From Candidatus Freyarchaeum deiterrae (lineage in GTDB: Archaea; Asgardarchaeota; Jordiarchaeia; Jordiarchaeales; Jordiarchaeaceae), in contig CP147778.1 in NCBI GenBank assembly GCA_037305845.1, positions 1,248,001 to 1,312,000 on the forward strand: 64,000 nucleotides of DNA, given 5' to 3'. Numbering within the stretch: position 1 is the first letter of the stretch; every line of letters begins with the position of its first letter. The notes beneath the pieces were generated by a model. That model was not told where the DNA came from and did not search any database. It saw only the letters and a program-made list of their open reading frames with translations. Shown one piece after another: positions 59,731 through 64,000 of this stretch. The translations under genes and the position numbers were made by a program.

Positions 59731-61103
59731 CAGTTTATTGCTTTGCCTCGCATTTCTTTTGGAATTGGTACCTCTAGTATGCTTAGAACCGTGGGAGCTA
59801 CATCGAGAATATTAAGGTTTTTAATTTCTGAGCCTGATTTTTTTGTTGGATCGTAGAGTATGAATAGTCCGTACTCGGCGTGTACCGCGTCATCTGGTCC
59901 GGTGTCGTTTTCTGACAGGTATAGGGTGTCGTATCCGATTGTTCCCGCGGATCTCCAGTATAGGTCGTCGAGGTAGACTATTAAATCGGGGGAATCGCCG
60001 TTAAGCTCGTCGTAGATTTCTTCTGGTTTGTATATTTTATTGTTAAGCTTTTCCCCATTGGGTCCATGAATATTTTTTAGTTTTTCTGCCAATTCGTCTC
60101 GGATTTTTTCGTAGTCTTCTGGTGTCACGGTTCCTCGGGGTTCTCTTCCCTCGACGTTTATGAATATTCTGGCATAGTATCCGCCCCATCCCCAGGCTTT
60201 GGTTTTGCTCCAATCTATTTGGGACTCTTTTAACTCCGCACCTCTCGCTGGCTTGTCTTTTGTTTTTAGGTATCCTTCTCCTATCAGCCACTGGTTGATG
60301 CAGAAGGCTCCCTTCATTCCTTTGGCTCCGTGGTCTGAAACTACTATTACAATTGTATTTTCATCTATGATTTCCAGTAGGCTGCCTATCTCTTTGTCTA
60401 GGTATTTGTAGTATTCTTTGACTACGTTTTCGTATTTGTTATTGAGGACGTATTTTGGGTGTTCTTTGTCGAAAAACTTCCAGAAGGCGTGGTGTATTCT
60501 GTCTAAACCGATTTCTACGAAAGCGAAGAGGTTCCACTCTTTTTTTTGTATTAGATATTTTATCACTTTGAAGTGTTGTTTGGTCATCTCGTATATTTGT
60601 TCTAAGGTTTTGTCTCTTTCCTCTGTTCTGAACTCTACGTCGAATATGTACTCTTGGAACTGTTCTTCCAGTTCATTTTTTAGTTCTTTGGGATAGGTGT
60701 AATCCTTAGTGGCGTCTGGAGTTATGAAGCAGGAGATCATGCACCCATTAACCGGCTTGGGTGGGTAGCTTGGGGGTACGCCTACCGCACAGGTTTTGAG
60801 TCCCTTTTCCGATAGGACATCCCAGACAGTTTTGTATTTTACGGATTGGGAGTTTGCTATCCACGTTTCGTACGAGTAGCTCTTTTTGTGCCTGAATCCA
60901 TATAAGCCTAGTGTCCCAGGGTCTCTGCTTGTCATCATAACCATCCAGGCGGGAATAGTTATTGCAGGGATGCAGGACTTTAGTTTGCCATAAACACCGT
61001 GGTGGATCATTTTCTTAAGGTTGGGTAGCTCGTCCTGAAATTTTTCGAAAATCAGTTCTGGGGCTGCACAGTCCAATCCTATAATCAGTACTTTCTTTGA
61101 CAT
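59727..61103 (-). CDS. Alkaline phosphatase superfamily (NPP-type) protein
   Basis: IIGLDC, PAITIPAW, DRIHH, VSDHG, DDAVH, DVAPT. Confidence 0.9.
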   Translation of the reverse strand: MSKKVLIIGLDCAAPELIFEKFQDELPNLKKMIHHGVYGKLKSCIPAITIPAWMVMMTSRDPGTLGLYGFRHKKSYSYETWIANSQSVKYKTVWDVLSEKGLKTCAVGVPPSYPPKPVNGCMISCFITPDATKDYTYPKELKNELEEQFQEYIFDVEFRTEERDKTLEQIYEMTKQHFKVIKYLIQKKEWNLFAFVEIGLDRIHHAFWKFFDKEHPKYVLNNKYENVVKEYYKYLDKEIGSLLEIIDENTIVIVVSDHGAKGMKGAFCINQWLIGEGYLKTKDKPARGAELKESQIDWSKTKAWGWGGYYARIFINVEGREPRGTVTPEDYEKIRDELAEKLKNIHGPNGEKLNNKIYKPEEIYDELNGDSPDLIVYLDDLYWRSAGTIGYDTLYLSENDTGPDDAVHAEYGLFILYDPTKKSGSEIKNLNILDVAPTVLSILEVPIPKEMRGKAINW

Positions 61104-61105
61104 TT

Positions 61106-62155
61106 CTATGGATTCGCTCCTAACTTCGTTAATAACAGTTCTAGAAATTTTTTCGTTTCGTTCTTGGGAACTACTGCTGCAACTACCTCTTTTTTACCGC
61201 CGGCGCTGTAACCTAGACCTTTAGCGAAATTTATTATTTCGTAGGAATCAAAGAAGTTGTTCCCGGTTCTTATATATACTTGATCCCGATCCTTAAACCA
61301 GCCCTTATTCACGACTACCACTATGTTGTCTTTGTTCTTCCAAGCGAGTCTTCTTGTGATAGCCGAAGTGGTGTTGTACGGTGTATTTATTTCCCAAATT
61401 AGAATTTTACCTTCTGTGCGGGTTGGTGGTTTACTGGTTTGTTTCTCTACGTCATCTCTTAGTTTTTCAAGATTTTTGTTCCATTTCGGGTGTTCTAAGA
61501 TTGCCTCGGGATTGTTTTTTAATAACAGGAAAGGTGCTTCGAGAACACCGTTTCTGTCTCCCATTTTGTAATTCGAGTCTATTAGTTCAGTCATTCTGAG
61601 GAGATCGTCAAAAGAAATTTCTAGCTTTTCTATGAAGTCTTCTATCACGTTGTATACGTCTTTTTTGTTCTTGAGTTTGGTTTCGTGATCGCCTACCGCT
61701 CCTAGAATGGCGGTAATATTTACGGGGTTGCCTAGATAATCGTTTACAAACCAAGATGCCGAGGGGTACTTTTCATCATTTATTCCCTCAATTAAAGGGT
61801 TGAAGTGATGAATCTCTTCTATTTTTTCTTGGATGTGGTGGTCGAAGTAAAATACCTCTGCTTTTGAAGTATTTTTTAGTTTTAAGATGTTGTTCATTGG
61901 GAAGTTTATGTCAGCTATTATTATGAACTCGTAGTTTTGTGAACTTACTCTTTTTATTTCACGGTCTTCAAGGTAGTAGTTTCCAATGGTTGGTGTATAA
62001 TTTTTAATAATTAATTCTTTCTTCATTTTTCTGAGGTACTCTAGAAATAGAGCCGCTGAGGATATACCGTCCGTATCCCAGTGGTGAATTATTAATCCTT
62101 TTTTATAGTTTTTCACACGCTCAATCTCTAGCTCACCACGTTCGGAGGGACACAT
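61106..62155 (-). CDS. DHH-family phosphoesterase (possible PAP phosphatase)
   Basis: HHWDTDG, FDHH, SAGG. Confidence 0.82.
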   Translation of the reverse strand: MCPSERGELEIERVKNYKKGLIIHHWDTDGISSAALFLEYLRKMKKELIIKNYTPTIGNYYLEDREIKRVSSQNYEFIIIADINFPMNNILKLKNTSKAEVFYFDHHIQEKIEEIHHFNPLIEGINDEKYPSASWFVNDYLGNPVNITAILGAVGDHETKLKNKKDVYNVIEDFIEKLEISFDDLLRMTELIDSNYKMGDRNGVLEAPFLLLKNNPEAILEHPKWNKNLEKLRDDVEKQTSKPPTRTEGKILIWEINTPYNTTSAITRRLAWKNKDNIVVVVNKGWFKDRDQVYIRTGNNFFDSYEIINFAKGLGYSAGGKKEVVAAVVPKNETKKFLELLLTKLGANP

Positions 62156-62162
62156 CTAGTCT

Positions 62163-63302
62163 TCACTCCACGAAGGGGTTTCCCGATTTCAGAATTATGT
62201 CAGTTACCTCGGGGCGCATAATTTCCTCCGGAGGACGCTGACCTTTAACGAGCATTTCGCGTATCTTTGTTCCGCTAAATTTTATGCATTGTTCCCCCTC
62301 GTGGGGGCAGATTTTCTCATTAACCATGCCGCCGCACTTTTTGCAGTAGTAGAACTCCTTGAAGAACAGGGGTACAATTCCTAGGTCGGGAAATTCTTCG
62401 AATATGTCTTGTGCGGCGTAGGGTGGATAGAAGTCGCCTACTCCTGCGTGGTCCCTTCCCACTATGAAGTGGGTGCATCCGAAGTTTTTTCTTACGATAG
62501 CGTGGAATATTGCTTCTCGGGGACCTGCGTATCTCATTTCGAAGGGTAGGATGCTTATTACCGCTCGGTCTTTTAGGTAATAGTTTTTTATTAGGGCATT
62601 GTAGGCTTCCAGTATGACTTCGTCTCTGAAGTCACCCTTTTTCTTTTTTCCGATGACGGGGTTGATGAATACTCCGTCTACGAAAGTTAGAGCTACTTTT
62701 TGTACATATTCGTGTCCCAGATGGGGAGCATTTCTTGTTTGAAACCCCACTATGGTTCTCCAGCCTTTCTCCTTGAATAGTATCCTAGTTTCTACTGGTC
62801 TTAGATTGTATTTTGAGAAAGGGTTTTTCATCTCATTGATTAGGTCAATTTTTCCGCCTAACAATAGTTCTTCCATATCTTTTAGTTTTGCAACCCCGGG
62901 ATGTTTGGCGTCTAGGGTTCCGTAAACTTTCTGGGCGAATTCCCTTTTGTTATATTTGTACACTTCGTCTACACGCATTAGTGCTAGAGGCTTGTTTCCG
63001 TATGAGAGGGTGATGGTGTCTCCGTTTCTTGTTTCAAAATTATTCGGAGCGTCTAGGATTATGGGTAGTGTCCAGGGTAAGTCATTGGCTAATCTCTTCT
63101 CATTTAGAACGTTGGAATAGTCTTCTTCCAAGAGAAAGCCTTCCAAGGGGCTGAATACCCCCTTAGCGATGTTTTCAACGTCTTTGGCTAAACCCTCGTT
63201 GATGTTTAGGATTGGAAGTTCGCTGGCTAGTTCTTGGAATTTTTCTTTTTCATGTTCTCCTATTTCCCTGTTTACGAGTTTTCCACCATGAGGTTTCGGC
63301 AT
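62163..63302 (-). CDS. sat: Sulfate adenylyltransferase
   Basis: PHGGKL, FQTRNAPHLGH, MRYAGPREA, GRDHAG, SGTKIR. Confidence 0.97.
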   Translation of the reverse strand: MPKPHGGKLVNREIGEHEKEKFQELASELPILNINEGLAKDVENIAKGVFSPLEGFLLEEDYSNVLNEKRLANDLPWTLPIILDAPNNFETRNGDTITLSYGNKPLALMRVDEVYKYNKREFAQKVYGTLDAKHPGVAKLKDMEELLLGGKIDLINEMKNPFSKYNLRPVETRILFKEKGWRTIVGFQTRNAPHLGHEYVQKVALTFVDGVFINPVIGKKKKGDFRDEVILEAYNALIKNYYLKDRAVISILPFEMRYAGPREAIFHAIVRKNFGCTHFIVGRDHAGVGDFYPPYAAQDIFEEFPDLGIVPLFFKEFYYCKKCGGMVNEKICPHEGEQCIKFSGTKIREMLVKGQRPPEEIMRPEVTDIILKSGNPFVE

Positions 63303-63331
63303 TTATAAACCCCTTTAATAGTATATGCGGT

Positions 63332-63556
63332 TTAGCCGAGATATCCTAGGGCTCTTAGTCTTTCCTTTACTTTCTCCTCGTCCTCTTTGCTGAATGGCTC
63401 CCTTTCTTCCTCCCCTTCTGCTACAATCTCATGAAGCACATACGTTACATAGCTTGAAACCGAGGTAAAGTCGGTGTTTTTAATTCTCTCTTGTATCTTC
63501 TTAAACAGCGGAGTGGGTATAGAAACAGTTGTGAATTTCTTATCCTTTTCAGACAT
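63332..63556 (-). CDS. Ribbon-helix-helix (CopG-like) regulator with RLRALGYL tail
   Basis: TTVSIP...FTSVSSYVTYVL; EEKVKERLRALGYLG. Confidence 0.82.
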   Translation of the reverse strand: MSEKDKKFTTVSIPTPLFKKIQERIKNTDFTSVSSYVTYVLHEIVAEGEEEREPFSKEDEEKVKERLRALGYLG

Positions 63557-63571
63557 TTCAAGCGCACCATT

Positions 63572-63591
63572 TAATTAAATATATTTAATTA
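63572..63591. promoter_or_regulatory. 20-bp perfect palindrome upstream of the RHH-sat operon
   Basis: TAATTAAATATATTTAATTA, 15 nt upstream of the RHH start; all A/T, so weak evidence. Confidence 0.4.
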
Positions 63592-63702
63592 TAATCCCTA
63601 GCATATTAAAGATTTTCATGTCTATAAACACCTAAAAAAGATGCCTGTGGAAGAGTTATAAAAGCCCATTTAAAGAGAATTTAGAGAGGTTACTAGTATT
63701 GT

Positions 63703-63999
63703 TTATATCTTTTTCAGTTCCTTTAATTTTTTGATTTTTCCCCTTAAGAGGATTTTTTCTGTTTCCATGTCTTGGCTTATAATCTCCTTTTTGCTTAGCT
63801 CTGAACTCTCCTGGAATATTTCGGTTAGGACTCTGCCATCCATATCACGTGGGATCGGTACTTGAAACATGTGGAGTACTGTGGGAGCGAGGTCGTAGAT
63901 TTTCGCGTTTTCTATCCTGTATCCCTCTTTGATGTCTGGACCATAAGCTATGAATACGCCTTGAAGTCTGTGATACGCTGACCAAACCTTATTTTCAAG
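63703..63999 (-). CDS. Alkaline phosphatase superfamily protein, C-terminal part (runs off the window)
   Basis: Not in the ORF track. Reads WSAYHRLQGVFIAYGPDI...IYDLAPTVLH...PRDMDGRVL, stop at 63703-63705. Confidence 0.85.
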   Translation of the reverse strand, partial: LENKVWSAYHRLQGVFIAYGPDIKEGYRIENAKIYDLAPTVLHMFQVPIPRDMDGRVLTEIFQESSELSKKEIISQDMETEKILLRGKIKKLKELKKI

Positions 64000-64000
64000 G

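Noticed and set aside
811-61599. Numerous short antisense or overlapping ORFs in the track (e.g. 10452, 15350, 26050, 28622, 36363, 55928)
   Set aside because: They are shadows of well-supported genes on the other strand or frame and have no motifs of their own.
1-64000. CRISPR array, rRNA or tRNA genes
   Set aside because: No regularly spaced repeats or RNA-gene signatures seen by eye; tRNAscan-SE and Infernal would be needed to exclude small RNAs.

Overview
Archaeal chromosomal DNA, most likely from an Asgard archaeon. The evidence is Rag-like GTPase, longin, arrestin-like and V4R proteins, GGAGG/GGTGG ribosome-binding sites, and selenocysteine coding with eukaryote-type AUGA..AA..GA SECIS hairpins; the exact lineage cannot be fixed from the sequence. 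(1) 1-3.5 kb: hdrA-mvhD-frhB-like redox operon. hdrA and mvhD each have an in-frame TGA at a conserved Cys position that the ORF track missed, and each is followed by a SECIS-like element; both elements fold into the same three-way junction with an extra hairpin. (2) 3.5-16.9 kb: co-directional minus-strand block of CBS protein, folliculin/NPRL2-like longin protein, C25 peptidase, FrhB-like Fe-S protein, Rag-like GTPase, arrestin-fold protein and four tandem KaiC-like pseudo-ATPase-V4R paralogs. The longin, FrhB-like and arrestin-like proteins share a ~95-aa C-terminal domain; this block is the best candidate for an undescribed system (redox-coupled Rag-type signalling). (3) 17-31 kb: gcvPA/PB/T, SNAP/TPR-like protein, homocitrate-synthase-like enzyme, ferredoxin plus AOR, helical rod protein, longin-wHTH protein. 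(4) 31-59 kb: partly decayed surface-glycan cluster with pseudogene chimeras, an IS5 remnant, two apparent ATA starts, a poly-A frameshift and a tandem duplication. (5) 59-64 kb: sat-DHH-AlkP-cysC operon with an RHH regulator. No rRNA, tRNA or CRISPR array was recognised. All family calls come from reading motifs by eye; no searches were run.
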